Part shown: piece after piece, positions 50,801 to 63,408 of the stretch | How positions within the stretch are numbered: the first letter of the stretch is position 1 | How the letters are laid out: the number at the start of each line of letters is the position of its first letter | Origin: Mobula hypostoma | Lineage: Eukaryota | Assembly (NCBI RefSeq): GCF_963921235.1 | Contig: NC_086108.1 | Location: forward strand, 96,598,001 to 96,662,000 | Direction of reading: 5' to 3' | Length of the DNA stretch: 64,000 nucleotides | Made by a program: the position numbers and the translations under genes | Notes under the pieces: generated by a model | Database searches by the model: none | What the model was told of the DNA's origin: nothing | What the model saw: the letters and a program-made list of their open reading frames with translations, nothing else

Positions 50801-52067
50801 AGACTTGCAGCATGGGCAACTGCCTGTCTTCCATACAACCTTGCCCAGGCCTGCGCCCTGGCGTGTAAAGACTTTCCAGGCGCAGATCCATGGTCTTGCA
50901 AGACCAACGAATGCCTTTATATTTATATCCCTTTTAAAGCACTGAAATCCAGGAATACTGAGAATCCATTCCTGCCCTGGTGCCTCCGTAATGGCCACTA
51001 CATCATAATTCCATGTATGTATCCAAGCTCTCAGTTCATCACCTTTGTTCCTGATGCTTCTTGCATTGAGGTACACACACTTCAGCCCTTCTGCCTTACT
51101 ACCTTTACATCCTTTATTCTGTTTCTCTTTCCTCAAAGCCTCTTTGTACGTTAGATCTGGCTTTACTCCATGTACTATACTTGTAGTTCTCGCATGACCT
51201 TTATCCTCTTCCACCTCACTATCTGCTCTAACACTCTGGTTCCCCTCCCGCTGCAAATCTAGTTTAAACTCCACTGGAGCAGCACTAGCAAACCATCCCA
51301 CAAGGATGGTTTCAGGTGCAACCCGTCCCGTCGGAACAGGTCCTATCCTCCCTGGAGCAAGGCCCAATTGTCCAGAAACATGAAGCCCTCCCTCCTGCAC
51401 CAACTCCTTAGCCACGTATTTAGCTGCATTATCTTCCTATTTCTAGCCTCACTAGCACGTGGCACAGGTAGCAATCCTGAGATTGCAACCCTGGAGGTCC
51501 TGTCCTTCAACTTTGCACCTAACTCCCTAAATTCTCTTTGCAGGACCTCCTCCTTCTTCCTATCGATGTCATTGGTCCCTACATGGATGACGACATCTGG
51601 CTGCTCACCCTCCCTCTTGAGAATACCGAGAACTCGATCCGAGATATTGTGGACCCTGGCACCAGGGAGGTAACAGACCATCCGGGATTCTCGATCTCTT
51701 CCACAGAACCTTTTATTTGTCTCCCTAACTATCCAATCCCCTGATGCTACTGCTCTCCTCTTTCCCCTCCTTCCCTTCTGAGCTGAGGGTCCAGTCTCGG
51801 TGCCAGAGACGCAACCACTGCAATTTGTCCCTGGTAGGTCGTCCCCACCAACAGTATCCAAAATGGTATACTTATTATTGATGGGAACGGCCACAGGGGT
51901 GCTCTGCTCATTCTGTCTATTCCCCTTCCCTCTCTTGATAGTCATTCAGCTACCTGCCTCCTGACTTTTAGGGGTGACTATCTCCCTGTAACTCCTGTCT
52001 ATTTCTGCCTCTGCCTCACGAATGATCTGAAGTTCATCCAGCTCCAGCTCCAGTTCCCTAACTCTAT
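47878..52067 (-). mobile_element. CR1 LINE (partial ORF1 plus ORF2) inserted in an older plus-strand CR1 (about 47250-47870 and 52068-52540)
   Basis: ORF1 motifs HVGTND and SGLLPVP. EN motifs YLNARSI and GDFNFP. RT motifs NYRPVSLTS, SQHGF, YMDFSK, SGVPxGS and KFADD. (catag)n-like tail. Confidence 0.95.
50615..50926 (+). mobile_element. tRNA-derived SINE
   Basis: A box tggccaagtgg and B box gttcaagtcc. Same family as 54134-54440. Confidence 0.85.
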
Positions 52068-52934
52068 GGGATTTATCAATAAAGGTATAGAGTATAAAAG
52101 CAAATAAGTCATGCTGAACCTTTATAAAACACTGGGTCAAGCCTCAAATGGAGAATTGTATGCAATTCTGGTTGCCTCATTATAAGGAGGATATAAAGAT
52201 ATATAGAGAATCCAGAGAAGATTTATGAGAATGGTTGCTGGGATGAGGATCTACTATTGCAACAATGGATTATATGGGCTGGGAATGTTTTCCTTGGAGA
52301 AGATTAAAGGAAACCTGCAAGAGATGATGAATAGTTTAGACAGAATTGATGGTGGAAGACCATTTCCATTGGTGGATGGGTTGAGGATGAGAAATCACAA
52401 ATATCAACTATCAGGGAAGAGAAGTAATAGTGACATAGGAAAAACTTTTGTTTTAAATACGACTGGAATCTGGAACATACTACAGTTGTGGTAGAAGCTG
52501 GTTCCACTGTGGTCTGCTAGAGAAATTGGATAGATATATGACAAAGATTCAGCCCACAAAGACCAGCAGGCGCCTATTTGTATTAATCCCATTTTTCAGC
52601 ACTTGGTGCATCGCCTTCTATGCCTAGGGGATTTTAAGTGTTTATTTCAACACTTTCTGAGTACTGCCAGCCATTTATCACCATCGATTTCTTGTCCATA
52701 TTCATGCCAACTAAACCAAAACTAACAGTTAAAGCTTCATTTTCAGAGTCTGAGCATGACAAGAATGTGGAATACATGAAACATATTACATTTCAGTGTT
52801 AAAGTTATTTTGAGTAGCATTTTAAAAGGAAATATTTCCTTGTAGGAAGAGTTTTCTGTAAGTCTGTTATGGTATCATTCAATTCAACTAAAGAAATTAG
52901 AGTTGGAGTATAAAACAGCAGATGTTAGAAACCT

Positions 52935-54133
52935 CAATGGCTCTTCACACGGCCTTAGACCACCTGGACAATACAAACACCTATGTCAGGATGTTGTTCA
53001 TCGACTATAGCTCAGTATTTAACACCATCATTCCTACAATCCTGATTGATAAGTTACAGAACCTGGGCCTCTGTACTTCGCTCTGCAATTAGATCCTCGA
53101 ATTCCTAACAGGAAGACCACAATCTGTGTGAATTGGTGATAATATCTCTTCCTCGCTGATGATCAACACTGATGCACTTAAGGGGTGCCCACCGCTCTAC
53201 TCTCTCTACACCCATGACTGTGGGGCTAGGTATAGCTCAAATACCATCTATAAATTTGCTGACGATACAACCATTGTTGGTAGAATCTCAGATGGAGATG
53301 AGAGGGTGTACAGGAGTGAGATATACCAACTAATAGAGAGGTGTTGTAGCAACAACTTTGCACTCAACATCAGTAAGACGAAAGAGCTGATTGTGGACTT
53401 CAGGAAGGGCAAAACAAAGGAACACATACTAATCCTCATAGAGGGATCAGAAGTAGAGAGAGTGAGCAGCTTCAAATTCCTGGGTGTCAAGATCTCTGAG
53501 GACCTAACCAGGTGCCAACATATCGATGCAGCTATAAAGAAGGCAAGATAGCAACTATATTTCATGAGGAGTTTGAAGAGATTTGGTATGTCAACAAAAA
53601 CACTCAAAAACTTCTATAGATGTACCGTGGAGAGCATTCTGACAGGCTGCTTCATGGTCTGGTATTGGGGGTGGCTACTGCACAGGACTAAAGGAGGCTG
53701 GAGAGGGTCGTAAGTTTAGTCTGCTCCATCCTGGGTACTAGCCTACAAAGTACTCAGGACATCTTCAAGGAACAATGTCTCAGAAAGGCAGCATCCATTA
53801 TTAAGGACCCCCAGCACCCAGGGCATGCTCTTTTCTCATTGTTACCATCAGGTAGGAGGTACAGAAGCCTGAAGGCACACACTCAGTGATTCAGGAACAG
53901 CTTCTTCCCCTCTGCCATCCGATTCCTAAATGAACGTTGAACCTGTGAACACTACCTCACTTTTTAAATATATATTATTTCTGTTTTTGCATGATTTTTA
54001 ATCTATTCAATATATGTACACTGTAATTTATTTATTTATTCGTTTTCTTCTATATTATGTGTTGCATTGAACTCTGCTACTGCTGTTAACAAATTTCACG
54101 ACACATGCCAGTGATAATAAACCTGATTCTGAT
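52935..54133 (+). mobile_element. Rex1/Babar-type LINE, 5'-truncated
   Basis: Same family as 3522-4790 and 36197-37865. [13 protein letters not shown] and FKFLGVKISEDL motifs. (attctg)n tail. Confidence 0.92.
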
Positions 54134-54440
54134 GTTGGCGCATGGCCAAGTGGTTAAGGCGTTCGTCTAGTATTTTGAAGGTCGCTAGTTCGAGCCTTGG
54201 CTGAGGCAGCATGTGTGTCCTTGAGCAAGGTACTTAACCTCACATTGCTCTGCGACGATACCGGTGCCAAGCTGTATGGGTCCTAATGCCCTTCCCTTGG
54301 ATAACATCGGTGGCATGGAGAGGGGAGACTTGCAGCATGGGCAACTGCTGGTCTTCCATACAACCTTGCCCAGGCCTGCACCCTGGAAACCTTCCAAGGT
54401 GCAAATCCATGGTCTCATGAGACTAACGGATGCCGATAGA
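54134..54440 (+). mobile_element. tRNA-derived SINE inserted in the Rex1 tail repeat
   Basis: A box tggccaagtgg and B box gttcgagcc. Flanked by gattctga repeats. Confidence 0.85.
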
Positions 54441-54632
54441 TTCTGATTCTAAAGTAAAAGCCGAGAATGCTCTAAGAATCTGGGTAGCCAAGCAGCATCA
54501 CTGGAGAGAGAGAGTCGATGCCTCACATAAAGGGTAATTAGCTTAAGAATTTGACTCCATTTTTCACCTTCTGCTGCTGCTTGCCCTGCCAGAACCTCCA
54601 GCATTCTCTGTTTTTTTTATAGAAAAGAATAC

Positions 54633-54727
54633 CTGCTTTCAATGGTATATGCTCCATTTAACATCAGAGTGTACTTGTCCTTTGTTTGATTTCTAGTCAT
54701 TATGACTACTGTGGCAGTGGTATCAAA
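54633..54727 (-). CDS. HFM1: HFM1 coding exon FDTTATVVIMTRNQTKDKYTLMLNGAYTIES(S)
   Basis: 95 nt, tttctttcag acceptor, CAG|gtattc donor, phase 0 to 2. Continues GRAGRPQ into FDTTAT. Confidence 0.95.
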
Positions 54728-54904
54728 CTGAAAGAAATTGCAGAACATATTCAAAAACTGAGAGTTTTATACATGATTAGGTGAAGTATTAAAGAGTCTG
54801 GAAATTACTTCACACACTCAGTGATTCAAGAACACTTTCTTCCCCTCTGCCATAGAATTCCTAAGTGAACATTGAACCCATGAATACTACCTCATATATA
54901 TATG

Positions 54905-56800
54905 TAGTGGCATGCAAAAGTCTGGGCACCCCTGGTCAAAATTTCTATTACTGTGAATAATTGAGTATAAGATGAACTGATCTCCAAAAGTCATAAAGTT
55001 AAAGATGAAACACTCTTTTCACCATTTTAAGCAAGAATAGTCTATTATTTTTGTTTTGTACAATTTTAGAGTGAAAAAAAGGAAAGGAGCACCATGCAAA
55101 AGTTCGGGCACCCCAAGAGATTTGAGCTCTCAGATAACTTTTACCAAGGTCTCAGACCTTAATTAGCTTGTTAGGGCTATGGCTTGTTCACCATCATTGT
55201 TAGGAAAGGCCAGGTGATGCAAATTTCAAAGCTTTACAAATACCCTGACTCCTCAAACTTTGTCCCAACAATCAGCAGCCATGGGCTCCTCTAAGCAGCT
55301 GCCTAGCACTCTGAAAATTAAAATAAGTGATGCCCACAAAGCAGGAGAAGACTATAAGAAGATAGCATAGCGTTTTCAGGTAGCCGTTTCCTCAGTTCAT
55401 AATGTAATTAAGAAACGGCAGTTAACAGAAATGGTGGCGGTCAAGTTGAGGTCTGGAAGACCAAGAAAACTTTCCGAGAGAACTGCTCATAGGATTGCTA
55501 GAAAGGCAAATCAAAACCCCCATTTGACTGCAAAAGACCTTCAGGAAAATTTAGCAGGCTCTGGAGTGGTGGTGCATTGTTCTACCGTGCAGCGACACCT
55601 GCACAAATATGACCTTCAGGGAAGGGTCATCAGAAGAAAATTTTTCCTGCATCCTCACCACAAAATTCAGCATCAGAAGTTTGCAAAGGAACATCTAAAC
55701 AAGCCTGGTTCATTTTGGAAACAAGTCCTGTGGACTGATGAAGTTAAAATAGAATTTTTTGGCTGCAATGAGCAAAGGTATGTTTGGAGAAAAAAGGGTG
55801 CAGAATTTCATGAAAAGAACACCTCTCCAACTGTTAAGCATGGGGGTAGATCGATCATGCTTTGGGCTTGTGTGGCAGTCAGTGGCACGGGTAACATTTC
55901 ACTGGTAGAGGGAAGAATGAATTCAATTAAATAACATCAAATTCTGGAAGCAAACATCACACCATCTGTAAAAAAGCTGAAGATGAAAAGAGGATGGCTT
56001 CTACAACCAGTGGTGCAGTGCTAGCCAGAGCGTTTCGGAGCGCGTCCGGCACATCCTTAAGAAAAAAGCCGAAACAAACAAGCTAATTACTTAGGTGCCA
56101 CCCAGCGTGATTTGAGTATCTCAGAAACTGCAGATCTCCTGGGATTTTTATGCACAACAGACTCTGGAGTTTACAAAGAATGGTGCCAAAAACAAAAAAA
56201 ATCCAGTGAGTGGCTGTTCTATGAGCCAAAACATCTTGTTAAATCCAGTCATTGGATTTTTTTTGTTTTTGGCACCATTTTTGTAAACAGGATAATGATC
56301 CTAAACATCCGTCAAAATCCACAATGGACTACCTCAAGAGGCCCAAGCTGAAGGTTTTGCCATGGCCCTCACAGTCCCCCGACCTAAACATCATCGAAAA
56401 TCTGTGGATAGACCTCGAAAGAGCAGTACATGCAAGACGGCCCAAGAATCTCACAGAACTAGAAGCCTTTTGCAGGGAAGAATGGGCGAAAATTCCCCAA
56501 ACAAGAATTGAAAGGCTCTTAGCTGGCTACAGAAAGCGTTTACAAGCTGTGATTCTTGCCAAAGTGGGTATTACTAAGTACTGACTATGCAGGGTGCCCA
56601 AACTTTTGCTTCAGGTTCTTTTCCTTTTTTGTTATTTTGAAACCATAAAAGATGAAAACAAAAAAAGAAATCTTGCTTAAAATATTAAAGAAATGTGTCA
56701 TCTTTAACTTTATGCCTTTTGGAAATCAGGTCATCTTTTACTCGCTTAGCTATTCACAGCAACAGAAATTTTGACCAGGATGCCCAAACTTTTGCATGCC

Positions 56801-56804
<4 letters not shown>
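54905..56804 (+). mobile_element. Full-length decayed Tc1-like transposon with long TIRs, inserted in a Rex1 3' UTR fragment
   Basis: TIRs agtggcatgcaaaag...gggcacccctggtcaaaattt and aaattttgaccaggatgcccaaacttttgcatgccact. Transposase about 55281-56584 with GRPRK, VLWTDE, KHGG..IMLW, QDNDPKH and [15 protein letters not shown]. Contains stops and an insert. Confidence 0.95.

Positions 56805-56830
<26 letters not shown>
56803..56830. repeat. (TG)n microsatellite at the Tc1 right end
   Basis: Directly visible. Confidence 0.95.
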
Positions 56831-56837
<7 letters not shown>

Positions 56838-58340
56838 TCTGTTTTGCACAATTTTTAATCTGTCTACTTAATATGCATATATACCAGTGTAATTGATCTT
56901 ATTTTTTCTTCTTCCTGTATATCATGTATCGCATTGTTTTGCTGCTGCTGTTAACAAATTTCCTGACACATGTTGGTGATAATAAACCTGATTTTGATTG
57001 TGACTAATGTTTTACACCTGTATATACAGAATATTAAAAAGTCTGAAAATTACCTTTACAGACTACATCTTCTTCCAATACTTATAATCCTGCAATAATC
57101 AGAGTCACTTTCATGAGTCAGGGATCAAATCTCCCCTAGGATTCTTCTAAGTTTAGGTTAGGCAACTATTCTGCATGTACTTCTGGAGATTTAGTTTTTT
57201 TGGTCACCACAGCTGACCATGACTTTTGAACATGTGACCACATCAAAGGATGACCATATCACCCTATTTATTATCCAAAAAAACAGTTAAAACTCAGCAG
57301 AGTACATATCACACTAAACTTATGTTCTATTGTTTCAATTTTGTATTAGACATACAATTTTCTGTTACTACAGTGGTCATGTAAACAGTTGCACCACTGA
57401 ATTTCCACTATGTTGATGGTATTTTGTAGCAGAGGAACTTTTCATATATCCAGTTTGTATTTTATATGTGAATTCACTCCCAGAGTGTTTCTACTTATGC
57501 ATCCATAAACCAAACATTTCTTATGACAATAAGCAGCTCTGTGCATAAAACAAAATTATTGTTCAAGACTCCTCACAGGTATGAATATGAGCAAATAGTG
57601 GTTCAACAATTTTATTAAGAGATAGCACACTACTAAATGCTGCCACAGTTGTAGGCATCATGAGTAAAGTTGAACACTGGCACTTTCACAAGCAAAAATA
57701 TGATTGAACTTTCCTGCAGAAGTCAAGCCACAGAACAGAGACACATAGATCTTCTTTTCATCTTTCAGACTAAAATGGTAACGAGCAAAAAAGTTTATAA
57801 ATTGCTTTCAACCAAGAAAGTAAATTTTCAAAAATAAATTAAATTAACTTCATTATTTGTTAATTCAGGCAAGAACATAATTTGATACCAAGAATTTAGT
57901 AAAAAACTGGAAGTCTTTCCTTTTCCTTAATGACTGATTATTTTTTCATTCTTTTTTGTTCTAACAGGGTTCTTTCTTGTATAATCTTATATAATGTATG
58001 TTTTTTTCTTGTGAATGTTATGCATTCGATGCTATGTGCCTGTGATGCTGTAGCAGATAAGTTTTTCATTGCACCTGCACACACAGGCTTATGCACATGA
58101 GAATTAACTCGATTTTGACTTTGAAGTTGCTGCAAAGTATCAACCACAATACTTGTGTCAATTAATTCTTCTAAACTTTAAATACTTGAAAAAAGATTAG
58201 AGATTCATCTTTGAATAACCATTAAGGTGATTTGGTGTCCATCAACAAAGGAATCAGAATTAGGTTTAATATCACCGGCATACGTCGTGAAATTTGTTAA
58301 CTTAGTGGCAGCAGTACAATGCAATACATGATAATACAGG

Positions 58341-58371
<31 letters not shown>

Positions 58372-58829
58372 AAATAAATGAATCAATTACAGTAAGAATA
58401 TGTATATTATGCTGGGTAATGTTCTATATTAATAAGGCATGCTGGCACAAACATCCTGTAAAACTACTAGTGGCAGTGCTAGGTAGATTGATCTCAGTTC
58501 AAAGGCTCATGGACTATCCAGGTGTGTTGCCAGTTTAAGTCACTCTTCTCCATATCAATTTAAAAGAAATACTAAGCTTTACTGGGTAGAATCCAAACAG
58601 TTTGACTTGGAAGAAAAAGAAAGAAAAGTGGCAAAAGTTGGAGATAGGCCCAAAGATTTGAGAAAAATTTGAGTATCCAACAAGAAAGGGCTAAAAAAAA
58701 GTTAATTAAGAAGAGGAAAATAAACAAAGAGGCAAAATGGGAAGAATTTTTTAAATTCTTGCTAAGAAATATGTGAAAACCAATTATTCGTGAGGTGGAA
58801 AAAGAACTTTTGAAAAGATATAACACGTT

Positions 58830-59480
58830 CGGGCAAAGAGAACATGACTTTATGAAGGTAAGCTAGATTGGATGGAAGAAAGCTAGTGAATGTAATACAT
58901 TTTGAATTTTTTAAAAAGTATTCAACAAGGTTCCACATGAGGTTGCTTTGTAAAATAAATCTTCATAGTGTGGCAAGTTATATACGGAACAAGCATGGCA
59001 ATTTAACAGGAAGGATGAGTAAGGAGAAAAGGGTCTGTTGACAATCTATAATCAGAGGAGTGCCACAGATATTAATACTAGAGTCACCATTGCTTACAAC
59101 TGTATCTATGATTTACAGGAAGGAAGTGAATGTCTGCAGCCAAATGTGTGAATAATAGAAAATCTGGAAAAAAGGCAAGTTGTGAGGAGAAATATTTCTA
59201 CAGTTTCCAGAGAAACACTGATAGGCTTGGCAAGAGTTTGCAAATGGAGTATAATACGAGAAAATGTGAAGGTGCTTACTTTAGGAGGAAAACTATAAAA
59301 GTTGATTTAAATGAAGAAAGGTATTTGGGAATCTTCGCCTGCAAACCACAAAAGACAAGCATGCAGTTGCAATAGGTAAATGGGAAGACTCAAGGAATGC
59401 TGATTTTTATTTGAAAGGGGTTAGCAAACCAGGGAAGTGTTACTCTAACAAAACAAGGCACAAGTAAACCACATCCTGAA
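58830..59480 (+). mobile_element. Old CR1 RT fragment
   Basis: Degenerate FNKVPH, RGVPQ and QMEYN..KCE motifs. Confidence 0.6.
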
Positions 59481-59978
59481 AACTTACGAGGCCTCAATTT
59501 GGGCTAGATGCAGGAGCCTGTAGTAAAGGAAATAAATGAGAGTCCAGTGAAGACTATAGCAGTATGGAAGGGAGGCGAGGCCTGGCAAAGAGAAACAGCT
59601 CTTTTCTATCCTTCCTCACATTTTCCAACTGCTATTTTAAGTATTTTGCTTCTTTGAATGACAGAGACAGTCGATAACACAAACACCGCATCTCAATATT
59701 AAGGCCCAAGTGGTACAAAACCTTAAACGCCATTCTGGGAATCCTAAGTGGTTAAAGAATAAGCATGAAAATTGAAGACAAATAACTTTCAAATAGCACA
59801 GACTGGGTGATATGGCAAAGCCCTTAATATCCAGACAGCCCTAATATTATTAAGACCTCTGGTCACCCTGTAAAAGTCACTAATATCCAGACATTTAATC
59901 TTTCATTAATTGATATACATGGTGCAAAACTGGGACCTGATATAGATTCCAGAAGAACATTATTTGTTACATCACTAC

Positions 59979-60124
59979 CTGAGGTCGGCCAGCTCGGCCC
60001 ATCATTTGAAGTATATCAGTTTCACTGTATTCTTGAAACATCCCTCCTGCGTAATGCATTGTGGATTTAATGACCACTAAATGTGCTGGCAAGTTCACTC
60101 CCATGGCTAAAGTGCTGGTAGTAA
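59979..60124 (-). CDS. HFM1: HFM1/MER3 helicase coding exon, helicase motifs V-VI: (F)[48 protein letters not shown]
   Basis: 146 nt, ttttcag acceptor, CAG|gtagtg donor, phase 1 to 0. The peptide is near-identical to vertebrate HFM1 as recalled and carries the Ski2-like [10 protein letters not shown] and QMxGRAGR motifs. Confidence 0.96.
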
Positions 60125-60454
60125 CTGAAAATAATCAAAGAAGAAAACTTTCAATCACCAGCTTGGAAAAGCTCCTATATAATCACAAATCAATAAATCT
60201 TCAAAATGAGATTGTGCTTATATAACCATATAACAATTACAGCATGGAAACAGACCATCTCGGAAGATATATTCTACAAAATATACTAAATATACATTCA
60301 TTATATTTAGATATGAATGAGGAAACTTTTACTCAGTCTTGCAATGTAGTGAATAATTTGTTTCCACTCCAGTTCAAAGCAGTGGAAGATGCTGGAACAT
60401 GAATATTTTTAAGATGTGGTTGGTGTTGCACACTGGGCTCTGACAAAGGGAGAT

Positions 60455-60800
60455 CATGTAGAATCAGGTTTGTTATCACTGATGTATGCTGTGAAATTTG
60501 TTGTTTTGCAGCAGCAGCACATTGCAACATATAACAATGATTCTAAGCTACAAAAAATACTGTAAAAATGAATAACGAGGTGGTGTTCATGGACTGTTCA
60601 GAAACCTGATGACAGCGGCTGTTTGAAGCTGTTTCTAAAACATTGAATGTGGGTTTTCAGGTTCCTGTGAGTCCTCTCTGATACTAGTATTGATAGAAGG
60701 GTGTGTCCCAGTCCTTACTGATGGATGCCACCCGCTTCAGGTACCGCCTCTTGAAGATCTCCAATAGTGGGGAGGTTTTGCCAATGACGGAACTAGCTAA
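60455..60800 (-). mobile_element. Rex1/Babar-type 3' UTR fragment (a similar piece lies at 58253-58410)
   Basis: agaatcaggtttgttatcac... tail words shared with the other Rex1 copies. Confidence 0.7.
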
Positions 60801-61024
60801 TAACAGGGAGCTCTAAGTTGATAGAAGGTCAAGGTCGGATGAGCAGACATGGAACAAAACCACACTGGTACATCTCCCCCACTCACAGCTCACCTACCCC
60901 CTCCTTGCCAGATACAGCTGTAGTATTCTATTGCCCAGAAACACTCTTGGCACATTACCCTCTGGCAAGGGAAAACATTTCAAACATGGAGGTATAATAT
61001 GTAGCAATGTCAACCAAAACAGAC

Positions 61025-63408
61025 TAATATTGATTGGCACCTGATTAGTTCCGAGGGTTTAGATGGTTTAGAGTCTGTTAGGTGTGTCCAGGACGGATTC
61101 CGGTCACAGTATGTGGACAGGCCGACTAGGGGAAATGCCATACTAGATCTAGTACTAGGTAACGAACCGGGTCAGGTCACAGATCTCTCAGTGGGTGAGC
61201 CTCTGGGGGACAGTGACCACCGTTCCCTGGCCTTTTGCATTATCACGGAAAAGGATAGAATCGGAGAGGACAGGAAATTTTTTAATTGGGGAAGGGCAAA
61301 TTATGAGGCTATAAGGCTAGCGGGTATGAATTGAGATGATGTTTTTGCAGGGAAACGTACAATGTTGAGGAATTTCTTGCAGGATGTTAGGGTTAAATTT
61401 GTCCTGGTGAGGAAGATAAAGAATGGTAGGGTGAAGGAACCATGGGTGACAAGTGAGGTGGAAAATCTAGTCAGGTGGAAGAAGGCAGCATACATGAGGT
61501 TTAGGAAGCAAGAATCAGATGGGTCTATTGAGGAATATAGGGAAGCAAGAAAGGAGCTTAAGAAGGGGCTGAGAAGAGCAAGAAGGGGGCATGAGAAGGC
61601 CTTGGCGAGTAGAGTAAAGGAAAACCCCAAGGCATTCTTCAATTATTTGAAAACAGAAGGATGATAGGAGTGAAGGTAGGACCAATTACAGATAAAGGTG
61701 GGAAGAGGTGCTGGAGGCTGTGGAAGTGAATGAGGTCCTCAATGAATACTTCTCTTCGGTATTCACCAAAGAGAGGGAACTTGATGATGGTGAGGACAAT
61801 ATGAGTGAGGTTGATGTTCCGGAGCATGTAGATATTAAGGGAGAGGAGGTGTTGGAGTTGTTAAAATACATTCGGATGGATAAGTCCCTGGGGCCTGATG
61901 GAATATTCCCCAGGCTGCTCCACGAGGTGAGGGAAGAGATTGCTGAGCCTCTGGCTAGGATCTTTATGTCCTTGTTGTCCTCGGGAATGGTACCGGAGGA
62001 TTGGAGAGAGGCGAATGTTGCCCCTTGTTCAAAAAAGGTAATTATAGACCAGTGAGCCTTACATCTGTGGTGGGAAAGCTGTTGGAAAAGACTCTTAGAG
62101 ATAGGATCTATGGGCATTTAGAAAATCATGGTCTAATCAGGGACAGTCAGCATGGCTTTGTGAAGGGCAGATCGCGTCTAACAAGACTGATAGAGTTCTT
62201 TGAGGAGGTGACCAGGCAAATAGATGAGGGTAGTGCAGTGGATGTGATCTACATGGATTTTAGTAAGGCATTTGACAAGGTTCCACATGGTAGGCTTATT
62301 CAGAAAGTCAGAAGGCATGGGGTCCAGGGAAGTTTGGCCAGATGGATTCAGAATTGGCTTGCCTGCAGAAGACAGAGGGTTGTGGTGGAGGGAGTACATT
62401 CAGATTGGAGGGTTGTGACTAGTGGTGTCCCACAAGGATCTGTTTTGGGACCTCTACTTTTTGTGATTTTTATTAACGATCTGGATGTGGGGGTAGAAGG
62501 GTGGGTTGGCAAGTTTGCAGATGACACAAAGGTTGGTGATGTTGTAGATAGTGTACAGGACTGTCGAAGACTGCAGAGAGACATTGATAGGATGCAGAGG
62601 TGGGCTGAGAAGTGGCAGATGGAGTTCAACCCGGAGAACTGTGAGGTGGTACAATTTGGAAGGACAAACTCCAAGGCAGAGTACAAAAGTAAATGGCAGG
62701 ATACTTGGTAGTGTGGAGGAGCAGAGGGATCTTGGGGTGCATGTCCACAGATCCCTGAAAGTTGCCTCACAGGTGGATAGGGTAGTTAAGAAAGCTTATG
62801 GGGTGTTAGCTTTCATAAGTCGAGGGATAGAGTTTAAGAGTCGCGATGTAATGATGCAGCTCTATAAAACTCTGGTTAGGCCACACTTGGAGTACTGTGT
62901 CCAGTTCTGGTCACCTCACTATAGAGAGGATGTGGAATCATTGGAAAGAGTACAGAGGAGATTTACCAGGATGCTGCCTGGTTTATAGAGTATGGATTAT
63001 GATCAGAGATTAGGGGAGCTAGGGCTTTACTCTCTGGAGAAAAGGAGGATGAAAGGAGACATGATAAAAGTGTACAAGATATTAAGAGGAATAAGAGTGG
63101 ATAGCCAGCGCCTCTTCCCCAGGGCACCACTGCTCAATATAAGAGGACATGGCTTTAAGGTAAGGGGTGGGAATTTCAAGGGGGATATTAGAGGAAGGTT
63201 TTTTACTCAGAGAGTGATTGGTGCGTGGAATGCACTGCCTGAGTTAGTGGTGGAGGCAGATACACTAGTGAAGTTTAAGAGACTACTCGACAGAAATATG
63301 GAGGAACTTAAGTTGGGGGGTCATATGGGAGGCAGGGTTTGAGGGTCGGCACAACATTGTGAGCTGAAGGGCCTGTACTGTGCTGTACTATTCTATGTTC
63401 TATGTTCT
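61025..63408 (+). mobile_element. CR1 LINE ORF2, 5'-truncated and frameshifted
   Basis: PTRGNAILDLVL, NYRPVSLTS, DFSKAFDKVPH, GVPQGSVLGP, KFADD and [13 protein letters not shown] motifs. (ttctatg)n tail. Very similar to 47878-50250 in the opposite orientation. Confidence 0.95.
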
